The notes under the pieces: generated by a model
What the model saw: only the letters and a program-made list of their open reading frames with translations
Database searches by the model: none
Told to the model about the DNA's origin: nothing
Part shown: one piece after another, positions 1 to 9,022 of the stretch
Layout: every line of letters starts with the position of its first letter
Numbering within the stretch: position 1 is the stretch's first letter
Position numbers and translations under genes: made by a program
Source: a virus
Taxonomy: Duplodnaviria; Caudoviricetes
IMG/VR virus record: IMGVR_UViG_3300026123_000400
Span: 1-49,967 of that record
Length of the DNA: 49,967 bases
Reading direction: 5' to 3' (one strand)

Positions 1-228
1 TCTCCTGTTTCTAATCGAATGGCACTCACCGCTATATACTGCGAAATACTTTATGGTCACTGTGTGGAACGAGGTTACACATATGTTGCTGCAAATCAAA
101 GTATAGTAAAGCACGGTTCTGTATTACCTGAATTCTTGGGCACTGACCCTTCTTCCGCGCTGTTAAGTGACAATGTAGTTCCGGTATGGGGCAAACATCT
201 TACAACTGCGATAAATAATATTAGATAA
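1..228 (+). CDS. hypothetical protein, 3' part (probably starts upstream of window)
   Basis: Frame is open from base 1 to TAA at 228; no motif recognised. Confidence 0.5.
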   Translation, partial: SPVSNRMALTAIYCEILYGHCVERGYTYVAANQSIVKHGSVLPEFLGTDPSSALLSDNVVPVWGKHLTTAINNIR

Positions 229-231
229 TAC

Positions 232-261
232 TTGACTAAAATAGTCGGGTAATGATATACT
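232..261 (+). promoter_or_regulatory. sigma70-like early promoter for iscU
   Basis: TTGACT-N18-TATACT, followed by SD GGAGA before ATG 292. Confidence 0.55.
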
Positions 262-291
262 TAAATATAAAACTAATATAGGAGATATACG

Positions 292-405
292 ATGGCTTAT
301 TCCGAGAAAGTGTTAGACCATTACGAAAATCCACGCAATGTAGGCAAACTAGACCGCAATGATGACAGTGTTGGTACTGGCATGGTGGGTGCTCCAGCGT
401 GTTAA
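292..405 (+). pseudogene. iscU: IscU N-terminal fragment (37 aa), cut off by an endonuclease insertion
   Basis: Manual translation gives MAYSEKVLDHYENPRNVGKLDRNDDSVGTGMVGAPAC*, the canonical IscU N-terminus; not in the ORF track. Confidence 0.9.
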
Positions 406-421
406 TTTGATAAATAATAGT

Positions 422-1018
422 ATGAGTAAAAAATACGGCATACTAAAAAATTGTAAGCATTGCGGAACTGAATTTGAAACCAAGCCAAGATATGTAGATT
501 ACTGTTCGACAGCCTGCAAAAATCCTATTAATAGACCAGGTAATACTGCTTGGAATAAAGGATTAACAATGACAGAAGAACAAAAATCTAAAATGAACTT
601 GGATGGGCTTAATAGGGGAAGAGGCTGGAACAAAGGATTAAAAAATCCCGAGCAGTCAAAAAAGTGGACGGGTGAAAATAATCCTAATTGGGACGGTAAA
701 CTCAATAATCAACGCCCACATAAACCAAAAGATTCCGCTTTTGAAAAGTACAAAGCAGAATGCAAGAAAGTTACATATCGCTCTGTTAAAGTATTAAAGG
801 AGCAAAACAAGGTACCTAATAACACAGGTAAACGTAAAACAGATATGCAACTGGATCATATAATACCCTACAAACAAGGGTATGAATTAGGGCTAGCACC
901 GGAAATTATTGGAGGGATTTCAAACCTACAATATATTACAGGTGCAGAAAATAGAAAAAAGTGGGATAAATTTCAACCACAACACATAATAGACGAGGTA
1001 ATTAAAAATGGCATATAG
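422..1018 (+). CDS. HNH homing endonuclease with Zn-ribbon and NUMOD3-like repeats
   Basis: CKHC..YCSTAC, WNKG repeats, GENNPNW, LDHIIP..NLQYITGAENRKK; ATAAATA at 410-416 just before ATG 422. Confidence 0.85.
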   Translation: MSKKYGILKNCKHCGTEFETKPRYVDYCSTACKNPINRPGNTAWNKGLTMTEEQKSKMNLDGLNRGRGWNKGLKNPEQSKKWTGENNPNWDGKLNNQRPHKPKDSAFEKYKAECKKVTYRSVKVLKEQNKVPNNTGKRKTDMQLDHIIPYKQGYELGLAPEIIGGISNLQYITGAENRKKWDKFQPQHIIDEVIKNGI

Positions 1019-1440
1019 TGCGAAAGTTCTAGATCATTATGAAAATCCGCGTAACGTTGGTAAACTCGATAAGGAGGATTTGCAAGTGGGAACCGGCATG
1101 GTCGGCGCTCCTGCTTGCGGTAGGCGATGTTATGCAGTTACAAATCAAAGTAAATGACGATGGTATCATTGAGGATGCTAAGTTTTTAACGTATGGCTGT
1201 GGATCGGCGATTGCTTCAAGTTCACTTGTGACAGAGTGGATTAAAGGGATGAACCTTGACCAAGCAGGCGAACTAAAAAATAGTGATATTGCTCAAGAGT
1301 TGGCTTTGCCACCAGTGAAAATCCACTGTTCGGTATTGGCAGAAGATGCTATTAAAGCGGCTATTGCTGACTATAAAACCAAACACGAAGGCAAAGAAAC
1401 ACAATCAGGTGCCGTTGGTAGTTATGAACCTAACGCATAA
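1008..1440 (+). CDS. iscU: IscU Fe-S scaffold: second 5' copy joined to the 3' part with a 4-nt frameshift at 1119-1125
   Basis: 1008-1118 gives MAYSAKVLDHYENPRNVGKLDKEDLQVGTGMVGAPAC; 1123-1440 gives GDVMQLQIKV..YGCGSAIASSS..LPPVKIHCSVLAEDAIKAA in the +1 frame. Confidence 0.85.
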
Positions 1441-1455
1441 GGAGAATACTATTAA

Positions 1456-1665
1456 ATGTCACCTTATGAGTTAGATTCATTAGTCACCGCAAGCATGGTT
1501 TTTCTGCTGGCAGGTTATCTTGCTAGTATTGTTATTTTTGATTTGATTAAACCTAGCGGAATGAGCAATTTCGGCATATTTGTTATTTGCGGTGTGTTGC
1601 TTACTGCGCCCACCGCATATTTAATAAAAAACTTATATGTACTTTTCGCTACATTCTATATATAA
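1456..1665 (+). CDS. small two-TM membrane protein
   Basis: SD AAGGAG; two hydrophobic segments. Confidence 0.7.
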   Translation: MSPYELDSLVTASMVFLLAGYLASIVIFDLIKPSGMSNFGIFVICGVLLTAPTAYLIKNLYVLFATFYI

Positions 1666-1674
1666 AGGAGTGAT

Positions 1675-2388
1675 ATGATACTAAAGACCAGTCTATATCG
1701 TTATCATCCCGAGCATGATGAAAAACCGTATATGGAAGATATTGATGTTGAGATTCCAGACGGCAAAGATATCATGGTCTTGGATGTATTACATTTAATA
1801 AAAGAACAAAATCCATCTGTGACATTTCGCAGAAGTTGTCGTGAAGGTGTCTGTGGTTCAGATGGCATGAATATCAACGGCACTAACGGTTTAGCATGTA
1901 TCACACCACTGTCAAAGGCAATGGGTAAAAGCGATAAACTAATACTTCGTCCATTGCCTGGACTGCCTGTCATTCGTGATTTGGTTGTAGATATGACTCA
2001 GTTTTATGCTCAGTATGAGCGCATTAAACCATGGCTACAAAACAATACACCTGCTCCTGCTATTGAACGATTACAAAGTGAAGAGGAACGAGCCGAACTA
2101 GATGGATTATATGAATGTATCATGTGTGCTTGTTGCTCAACAGCGTGTCCGTCATTCTGGTGGAATCCTGACAAGTTTTTGGGTCCACAAGCAAGTTTGG
2201 CAGCGGCACGATTCTTGTTAGATAGCAGAGATACCGCAACAAAAGAACGACTACAAGAATTGGATGACCCATTCTCAGTATTTCGTTGTCATGGCATAAT
2301 GAATTGTGTGAATGTGTGTCCTAAAGGTCTTAATCCAACTAAAGCAATTGGTAAAATAAAAACCATGCTACTTCAACAGGCGACTTGA
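1675..2388 (+). CDS. sdhB: succinate dehydrogenase iron-sulfur subunit
   Basis: SCREGVCGSD, PLPGLPVIRDLVVD, ECIMCACCSTACPSFWWN, RCHGIMNCVNVCPKGLNP. Confidence 0.97.
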   Translation: MILKTSLYRYHPEHDEKPYMEDIDVEIPDGKDIMVLDVLHLIKEQNPSVTFRRSCREGVCGSDGMNINGTNGLACITPLSKAMGKSDKLILRPLPGLPVIRDLVVDMTQFYAQYERIKPWLQNNTPAPAIERLQSEEERAELDGLYECIMCACCSTACPSFWWNPDKFLGPQASLAAARFLLDSRDTATKERLQELDDPFSVFRCHGIMNCVNVCPKGLNPTKAIGKIKTMLLQQAT

Positions 2389-2390
2389 TT

Positions 2391-2567
2391 ATGATGCGTG
2401 ATTTATTTGCTCGTTTATTGGCAACAGATGATGAAAAAATAAAAGAGCGTAAAGAGCGCATCCAACATCCTCACCATGTAAAATCAAAAAGTCATTGGGA
2501 CTGGGATTCTGGATATTATGACCCAGAATCACCTATAACTAAAGACGATAAGAATATAACAAAATAA
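2391..2567 (+). CDS. hypothetical protein
   Basis: Short ORF immediately after sdhB. Confidence 0.5.
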   Translation: MMRDLFARLLATDDEKIKERKERIQHPHHVKSKSHWDWDSGYYDPESPITKDDKNITK

Positions 2568-2654
2568 TCTAACTCTATTGTACTGGAGTACAATGTGTAC
2601 AAGCGCCATTTATGATTAAATAATAGTATGAAGACATTTATAGGAGAATAAAGA

Positions 2655-5495
2655 ATGGCTACAGTAGTACAAAGATTTGCCGAAGGCGCATATGTTATCA
2701 CCGCAGATGGTGAAGAGATTCCAGTATATGAGGGTATGGAGATATACCCTGATGACATTATTGTTGGTGAAGTCGCCACAATAGAAATCGCTGATGAGGC
2801 AGTGGCAGCACAAGACCCAGGTGCTGACCCATCAACTATCCCAATAGATGATATTGCCGCATTACAACAAGCAATCTTAGAGGGTGCTGACCCTACTCAA
2901 GTAGGTGAAAGAACAGCCGCAGGTGCGCCGGCAGCAGGAGGACCAACAGCAGATGGTGGTGGTTCATCATTCGTTACGCTTGACAGAAGCGGAGCAGAAG
3001 TTGACCCTACTGCTGGCTACGAAACAACTACTTTTAATGCTGAAGTTCAGCAAACGCAAGAAGAACCACCAGCGCTAGTTGAACCAGAAGTAGTTGAACC
3101 AACACCTGAACCAATCGTAACAGTTACCACAGAAACTCGCACTGATGTTCGTACTGAAACTGAAACAAAAACAGTGGTCGGTGACGAATATGAAACTGGT
3201 CGTACAACTGAAACAAGTAGTGAAACAACTACAGATGAAACTGGTACAACTGTTACCACAACAACTGTAACAACAATCACATACGATAAAGAAACTAACA
3301 CCGTTACAACAACCACAACGATTACAGAAACATACGAGCGTGAAGTAACCACTACAGAATATCCAAGTGGTCAAACAACTGTAACGCTTGGTGAATGGAC
3401 ACTAACGGATACACAGACTGATACTCAAACTGAAACAACAACCACTAACGAACCTCGTGAGCAAGTTGTTGAAGATGTTGACACTGAGTTTACGCCAGTT
3501 GAGCCAGAAGAGCCTACTGTTACTGTAACTAAAGAATACGATGTTGTTACTAATACAGAATCTACCGTAGAAACTGTGGTTGGTGATGAGTACGAAACAG
3601 GTCGTAATACAACAACTGATGTATCAGAAGTTGCGACAGACCGTGGTCAGTTGGTAACAACAACTACCACAACTACAACTACAATCACATACAACCAAGA
3701 AACAAACACAATCACAACTAATGTAACTACAACGGAATACTATGAGCGTGATGTAACTACGACTACATATCCAGATGGAACAACCGAAGTAGTTAATAGT
3801 GAATGGACAATGTATGATTCTGCTACAGACACAAGTTCAACTACAGACACCGTAGAAACACCACGCACTGAGGTTCTAACTGATGTAGCAGTGGATGAGG
3901 TACGATTTGAGCCTACAGTAGAGACTGTCACAGAGACTAAAGAAGAGGTTGATGTACAAACCACAACTGAAACTGTTGTAGGTGATGAATATGAAACTGG
4001 TCGTACAACTGATACTGATGTAAATGAAGAAACAACAGACCGTGGTCAACTTGTTACTAAGACAACTACCACGACTACAACTGTTTCGTACAACCAAGAA
4101 ACTGACACAGTTGAAACCACGACTACTACCACGACTACATACAGTAGAGATATTACAACCACTACTTACCCTGACGGTACAACTGATGTAGTAACAACTG
4201 ATTGGGAACAAACAGGTCAAACAAGTGATGTTACTGAATCAACTGATACAGTAGAAACACCTCGTACCGAAGTACTAACTGATGTAGCGGTAGAAGAAAC
4301 TCGTTTTGAGCCTACTGTTGAGACTATCACCGAGACCAAAGAAGAAGTTGATGTACAAACTAAAACTGAAACAAATGTAGGTGATGAATACGAAACTGGT
4401 CGTACAACTGAAACAACTTCAAATAAAGTAACAAGCGAAGATGGTACAAAAGAAACTACTACCACTACAACTACTACAACCGTTTCGTACAATCAAGTTA
4501 CAGACACGTTAACAACTACAACGACTACCACTACGGCATACAGTAGAGATATTACAACCACTACATATCCAGATGGTAGCAAAGATGTAGCAACAACTGA
4601 TTGGGCACAAACAGGACAAACAACTGATGTTGATACAGTAACAGACACAGTAGAAACTCCACGCCAAGAAGTACTAACAGAGGATGTGGTTGATGTAAAT
4701 CTTCTACCAGTTGCTGAAGATGACACATACGAAACAGACGAAGATACACCAGTAAGCGGTGATGTTTCTGACAACGATACAGACGGTGACGGCACAAGCA
4801 CATTCTCGTTAATTGGTGAAGATATACCAGGACTGGTGTTTAGCGACAATGGTGAATTCACATATACGCCAAGTGACGAAGATGGTGACCAGATTGTAAC
4901 ATTTGATTATCGTATTACGGATGAAGACGGTGAATACAGTGACGCTACTGTGACTATTAATGTTGAAGATGTACTTGCTCCAGAAGAGCCAGAAGAGTTA
5001 GGTCAATGGTTTTTCTCACAAGGAGGCAACGAAGTACAACCTGGTTACGACTATGAGTTAGTAACAGATGGCAAGAAAAATGACCACATGGAAATCAATG
5101 TACAGAACAAGCAACTTGGTGAGCACCGTGTTGATATAGGTGATGCTGTTAAGTTTACTATTGCGGTATCCGGTGATGCTGAATATGAAACAGATTACAC
5201 ATTAAACATGGTTAGTAAGTCACCACAAGTTAATATTGATAGTTGGTCACTTGACAGCGGCACTCTTTCGGTAGTAATATCAACCACTAAAGATGGCTTT
5301 AACTTGTCGGGCAGCACATTTGCTATTGAAGTAACTTCTGTTAACGAAGGCGCTGATGTAGGTGTTGAGTTTGATATTACAAGTGTAGTACATTATGATG
5401 CGAGTGCGAACCAAGACATTGTGATGGGCACATGGGAATCAAACGATGATGTGTTGATTGGATTGATTGACCCTAACTTTACTGATAGCGTGTAA
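2655..5495 (+). CDS. LapA-like retention-module protein with four Thr-rich repeats and a cadherin/Ig-like domain
   Basis: DIAALQQAILEGADPT..TAAG..GGSSFVTLDR..PTAGYET; VGDEYETGR x4; PVAEDDTYETDEDTPVSGDVSDND..GEFTYTP..ATVTINV. Confidence 0.85.
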   Translation: MATVVQRFAEGAYVITADGEEIPVYEGMEIYPDDIIVGEVATIEIADEAVAAQDPGADPSTIPIDDIAALQQAILEGADPTQVGERTAAGAPAAGGPTADGGGSSFVTLDRSGAEVDPTAGYETTTFNAEVQQTQEEPPALVEPEVVEPTPEPIVTVTTETRTDVRTETETKTVVGDEYETGRTTETSSETTTDETGTTVTTTTVTTITYDKETNTVTTTTTITETYEREVTTTEYPSGQTTVTLGEWTLTDTQTDTQTETTTTNEPREQVVEDVDTEFTPVEPEEPTVTVTKEYDVVTNTESTVETVVGDEYETGRNTTTDVSEVATDRGQLVTTTTTTTTTITYNQETNTITTNVTTTEYYERDVTTTTYPDGTTEVVNSEWTMYDSATDTSSTTDTVETPRTEVLTDVAVDEVRFEPTVETVTETKEEVDVQTTTETVVGDEYETGRTTDTDVNEETTDRGQLVTKTTTTTTTVSYNQETDTVETTTTTTTTYSRDITTTTYPDGTTDVVTTDWEQTGQTSDVTESTDTVETPRTEVLTDVAVEETRFEPTVETITETKEEVDVQTKTETNVGDEYETGRTTETTSNKVTSEDGTKETTTTTTTTTVSYNQVTDTLTTTTTTTTAYSRDITTTTYPDGSKDVATTDWAQTGQTTDVDTVTDTVETPRQEVLTEDVVDVNLLPVAEDDTYETDEDTPVSGDVSDNDTDGDGTSTFSLIGEDIPGLVFSDNGEFTYTPSDEDGDQIVTFDYRITDEDGEYSDATVTINVEDVLAPEEPEELGQWFFSQGGNEVQPGYDYELVTDGKKNDHMEINVQNKQLGEHRVDIGDAVKFTIAVSGDAEYETDYTLNMVSKSPQVNIDSWSLDSGTLSVVISTTKDGFNLSGSTFAIEVTSVNEGADVGVEFDITSVVHYDASANQDIVMGTWESNDDVLIGLIDPNFTDSV
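3110..4700 (+). repeat. four tandem ~400-nt (133-134 aa) intragenic repeats
   Basis: GDEYETGR codons start at 3180, 3582, 3981 and 4380 (spacing 402/399/399); outer boundaries are approximate. Confidence 0.9.
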
Positions 5496-5523
5496 CTAAC
5501 ACTGGTGCAAAAGTATTGAAATT

Positions 5524-5567
5524 TGTCTCCTAGTATAAATATATGTAGGGATATGTTGTAGGAGACA
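5524..5567 (+). promoter_or_regulatory. late promoter inside an SD-sequestering hairpin
   Basis: TGTCTCCTA (5524-5532) pairs with TAGGAGACA (5559-5567); TATAAATA at 5534-5541 lies in the loop. Confidence 0.7.
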
Positions 5568-5572
5568 GTTCA

Positions 5573-5680
5573 ATGATAAAAACAGTAATAGATTTTTTAC
5601 TTTCGCCGCCAATAACTGAAATTGTATTAACTATTTTCACTGGTTCTATGCTTATTTTAAGTGGGATGGTTACACTATGA
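5573..5680 (+). CDS. 35-aa hydrophobic peptide
   Basis: MIKTVIDFLLSPPITEIVLTIFTGSMLILSGMVTL*; SD AGGAG; below the ORF-track cutoff. Confidence 0.6.
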   Translation: MIKTVIDFLLSPPITEIVLTIFTGSMLILSGMVTL

Positions 5681-5862
5681 ATGATTCGACCAGTGAAAGT
5701 TTTAACATTATGAATAAATCGACCGATATAATAACTCGGTCGTTAGATACCATTATGAAAATAAATTCTGTATTAGAAAAATCAGAATATGTAAATAGTG
5801 ATAAGAAAATACATATTGACAAAAAATATCAGGGAGGTCTTCATGGGCCCGGGCAAAGTTAA
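5677..5862 (+). CDS. hypothetical protein
   Basis: ATGA overlap with the upstream peptide gene. Confidence 0.5.
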   Translation: MNDSTSESFNIMNKSTDIITRSLDTIMKINSVLEKSEYVNSDKKIHIDKKYQGGLHGPGQS

Positions 5863-6295
5863 GTTGCAATTGATAGACTGCGAGATTGACGAAACAAAAA
5901 ATGGTCACTATGTTAATGGTGACCAAGAGGTATGGCTCAAAAACGGCAAACTACACCGTGAAGATGGTCCTGCTTTGATTTGGAATAATCATGTAGAAGA
6001 ATGGTATTATGAAGATGTATTGCACCGTGAAGATGGTCCTGCGCTAACATTTCCAGACGGTACCACGATGTGGTATAAACACGGAAGCAAACACCGTGAA
6101 GATGGTCCTGCTGTTATTTGGGGCGATAGTTCATGTGAATGGTGGCATGATAACATGGAATACAGATTTTCAGATTGGTGTGATGCTGTGGGATTGTTGG
6201 AAGAGCAAGAAGCAGTATTAATAATGACGTATGATACGTCCGATCGTTATTTTCAAAAGTCTTATGTTTCGCAAATAAACATGCGTAAAGCATAA
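5843..6295 (+). CDS. HREDGPA-repeat protein
   Basis: Three (L/K)HREDGPA..WY repeats; SD GGAGG. Confidence 0.8.
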   Translation: MGPGKVKLQLIDCEIDETKNGHYVNGDQEVWLKNGKLHREDGPALIWNNHVEEWYYEDVLHREDGPALTFPDGTTMWYKHGSKHREDGPAVIWGDSSCEWWHDNMEYRFSDWCDAVGLLEEQEAVLIMTYDTSDRYFQKSYVSQINMRKA

Positions 6296-6303
6296 ATAAT
6301 AAT

Positions 6304-6669
6304 ATGAGATTTAAAGAATTACAAGAGTCCGAATTTAAGGGCCATTCAAAGAAAACCAACTTGGGAAGAGACTTCAAGGACATGCACACAGCAGTCCAAC
6401 GAAAAGTAGATGGAGTTGTCGAAATGGCATCTTACGATGGAAATATCGGGTTCATGGAAGTAATGAAATTTTTCAAAAAGGCAAAAGATAACGGCGACAA
6501 TAAGTTGGTATCTAAAGTCAAGAAACTTATTGCCAAAGATACCCCGAATTCTAACAAATACGCATGGAACATTATACAACAGTACACTGACACTAAATTA
6601 GTCGGTAAACAGTTTGAAAGTTCTATTGCGCAAATGTTTGAACGAAAACTAAAAAATATTAAAAAATAG
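6304..6669 (+). CDS. late hypothetical protein, putative head-internal protein
   Basis: ATAAATA at 6292-6298 just upstream; N-terminus MRFKELQE. Confidence 0.7.
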   Translation: MRFKELQESEFKGHSKKTNLGRDFKDMHTAVQRKVDGVVEMASYDGNIGFMEVMKFFKKAKDNGDNKLVSKVKKLIAKDTPNSNKYAWNIIQQYTDTKLVGKQFESSIAQMFERKLKNIKK

Positions 6670-6680
6670 TCAAGTTTTTC

Positions 6681-6709
6681 TTGACTATTCCTACCTTAGC
6701 GTCTATAAT
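6681..6709 (+). promoter_or_regulatory. sigma70-like early promoter
   Basis: TTGACT-N17-TATAAT. Confidence 0.75.
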
Positions 6710-6762
6710 ATGTAACATAGACATAATGTTCTACAACCTAAACAATATATTTGAGGTAATTT

Positions 6763-7119
6763 ATGATGGGATACTCGGCTCAGGCTATTACAGATTCACT
6801 TGGTCGTATCACTGACGGCGGATTTGACCTAACTAACCTATCACCAGCAGAAGCAGGTGAGCGCATGGATCCTTGGGTTCGTGAGGTTACTCTACGGGGA
6901 ACTACTACTCTAAACGAAGTTCTAACCAAAGACAAATACCTGAAATACGATTTGTTAGCGTCTATTCTGGTAAACGAAGAAAAAGTACCGCTGGATACTC
7001 AAGTACAGTTGCTAACTTCTGGTCACATTAAAGAAATACGCACTCTAAAAAGTAACGGCGAAACTGTAATCCGTCGATACCGTTGCAATGGCACTACATA
7101 TCTAGGAAGTAAAAAATAA
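6763..7119 (+). CDS. hypothetical protein
   Basis: SD GAGGT; ORF track. Confidence 0.75.
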   Translation: MMGYSAQAITDSLGRITDGGFDLTNLSPAEAGERMDPWVREVTLRGTTTLNEVLTKDKYLKYDLLASILVNEEKVPLDTQVQLLTSGHIKEIRTLKSNGETVIRRYRCNGTTYLGSKK

Positions 7120-7218
7120 CTATCATATGTATTAAAAAATACAATCAAAAATCACCTCCAAATTGCTTGAAACTATTATAAATAATATGTACAATAGATA
7201 AAGTAAAGGAGGTAATAA

Positions 7219-7482
7219 ATGATTAAACATGAACTAGACTTTAGTAACGGCGCCGTCGTAGTAGGACACTACAAATATCCAAAATGTCCATCCTGCGACA
7301 GCGCCAAAGAACTCTTAAAAGAGAACGATATACAGTACACATTTGTACAAGCAGACAAAAAACTATTTGGCAAGGTTATGGGTGTAACCAAGCAAATTAC
7401 TGTACCACAAATATTTATCAATGGTGAATTTATTGGTGGTTACGAAGAACTAGAAACTAAACTAAAAGGAGAAAAACAATGA
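7219..7482 (+). CDS. glutaredoxin
   Basis: [19 protein letters not shown]. Confidence 0.93.
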   Translation: MIKHELDFSNGAVVVGHYKYPKCPSCDSAKELLKENDIQYTFVQADKKLFGKVMGVTKQITVPQIFINGEFIGGYEELETKLKGEKQ

Positions 7483-8030
7483 TAGGCAAACAAGTACCAC
7501 AAGTAACATTTAAATACCGTGTTCGTACAGACGGACATGATATCTGCTACGTAAACCCAGACAATGGTGGTGAAAACCCTTTTGAATGGAAAGACGTAAC
7601 AACTGATGATATCTTTGCAGGCAAGAAAGTAATCGTATTCTCACTACCAGGAGCATACACTCCAACTTGCTCTGCTTCGCACTTACCTAGATACGAAGAA
7701 TTGTATTCTGAATTTAAAGAACTGGGAGTAGATGAAATCTACGTTCTATCAGTAAACGATACATTCGTTATGCGTAAGTGGATGATTGATCAAAAAGCAA
7801 CCAACGTAAAATTTATTCCCGATGGTTCTGGAATATTCACTGAAGGAATGGGAATGCTGGTAGATAAAGATAATCTAGGTTTTGGTAAACGATCTTGGAG
7901 ATATTCTATGTTAGTTGATGATAGAGTAGTTGAGAAGATGTTCATTGAAGATGGTAAAATGGATAATTGTCCGACAGATCCATATGAGGTATCTGACGCA
8001 GACACAATGTTATCATATTTAAAATCTTAA
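7479..8030 (+). CDS. peroxiredoxin (Prx5/redoxin type)
   Basis: [31 protein letters not shown]. Confidence 0.95.
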   Translation: MIGKQVPQVTFKYRVRTDGHDICYVNPDNGGENPFEWKDVTTDDIFAGKKVIVFSLPGAYTPTCSASHLPRYEELYSEFKELGVDEIYVLSVNDTFVMRKWMIDQKATNVKFIPDGSGIFTEGMGMLVDKDNLGFGKRSWRYSMLVDDRVVEKMFIEDGKMDNCPTDPYEVSDADTMLSYLKS

Positions 8031-8038
8031 TGTTTGGC

Positions 8039-8067
8039 AATAGAGAGGCTATCTAAGCCTCTCTATT
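8039..8067. terminator. hairpin between the convergent prx and endonuclease genes
   Basis: AATAGAGAGGCT-atcta-AGCCTCTCTATT, 12-bp stem. Confidence 0.7.
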
Positions 8068-8951
8068 TGTTCATTTATCCAATCATCTGATTTATTCGGC
8101 CAACCCTTTCCTAATTTTACTTTTTTTCTTTTTGCCAAAGCACGTAACTCCACGACATTATCTCTATTTCGTAATTTAGTAACAGAGTTAGTCATTGCTT
8201 CAACTGCGGTCGTCCAAACATTTTCTTGCCAATCTGTGCGACTCTTTGTTTCCAATTCTTTTTGCTTTGCCTCTGAACCTATAGTCTCCTTCCACAATGG
8301 GTCATTTTTTGTGTCGGACACTTTTTGGTTTCTAACCAATCCAACATTTTTCATCCAGTCTGAATCGGAGTAGCATTCTTTTTGCTTTCTAATTCTCTCT
8401 ATTCCTTTAGATGCTTTCCACTCAGAAGAATTTACTGTTTCCTTAATTTTTCTCAATGCCTCCTTTCCAGTAGTTTCTTTCCACAATGGGTCGTTTTTTG
8501 TGTCAGATATTTTTTGATTTATATGTAATTGTTTTACTTTCCATTGGTTTGAAGATTTTGTTTCCATTAGTCGTTGGTATTGTAAGTCTGAACATCCGCC
8601 GTCCAATCCATTTTCAATTTTGAGATTTGCCCATATAATCGAGTTAACAATATCGTTTTCTATACTGAATCTTATTGCTACTTTTTGTAATGTTATTGGG
8701 CAACAGTAAGGTTCAGAGACCCAGAGTAATTCTGGGTTACCATGGTGCTTGATAAAATCTTTCCATACTTTGCCAGACCCGTGATAGTTTTCATAATCAT
8801 CTTGCGTAGTTTTATGGAAATAAAACACACTTGAACCATCATTTCTGATAATTCTTCTTATCATAAGTCGCGTTGGTTTGAATAATGAGTTATTATATGT
8901 ATAATTTACTTGACTTTCCACAAGTGTGGATATACTATTATAAATAGACAT
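8049..8951 (-). CDS. GIY-YIG/Seg-like homing endonuclease with helical DNA-binding repeats
   Basis: FYFHKT..YHGSGKVW..WANLKIENGLDGG; repeated SDTKNDPLWKET; antisense orientation within a + strand operon. Confidence 0.75.
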   Translation of the reverse strand: MSIYNSISTLVESQVNYTYNNSLFKPTRLMIRRIIRNDGSSVFYFHKTTQDDYENYHGSGKVWKDFIKHHGNPELLWVSEPYCCPITLQKVAIRFSIENDIVNSIIWANLKIENGLDGGCSDLQYQRLMETKSSNQWKVKQLHINQKISDTKNDPLWKETTGKEALRKIKETVNSSEWKASKGIERIRKQKECYSDSDWMKNVGLVRNQKVSDTKNDPLWKETIGSEAKQKELETKSRTDWQENVWTTAVEAMTNSVTKLRNRDNVVELRALAKRKKVKLGKGWPNKSDDWINEQIERLR

Positions 8952-9020
8952 GCTGATAGTTCCTTATTAACTGTTAGAGTAGTCGGATATTGGCGTATCG
9001 CGGGCTACACTTTTATTTAT
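8910..9020 (+). ncRNA. conserved antisense promoter and two-hairpin RNA module, copy 1
   Basis: TTGACT-N17-TACTAT, TATAAATA, two stems that need G-U pairs on the + strand, U-rich tail; near-identical to 27341-27448. Confidence 0.65.
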
Positions 9021-9022
9021 CT

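Noticed and set aside
403-1122. Group I intron in iscU
   Set aside because: The insert is almost entirely the HNH ORF plus the iscU duplicate, leaving no room for a ribozyme core. An in-frame splice after TGT would need the intron to end in A rather than G.
1039-1122. ORF-track N-terminus MKIRVTLVNS..
   Set aside because: It is an out-of-frame reading of the second iscU 5' copy; the real start is ATG 1008.
3047-4861. Val/Ser-rich minus-strand ORFs
   Set aside because: They are antisense shadows of the Thr-rich repeats (ACN codons). The same applies to 39622-40245 and most other short minus-strand ORFs.
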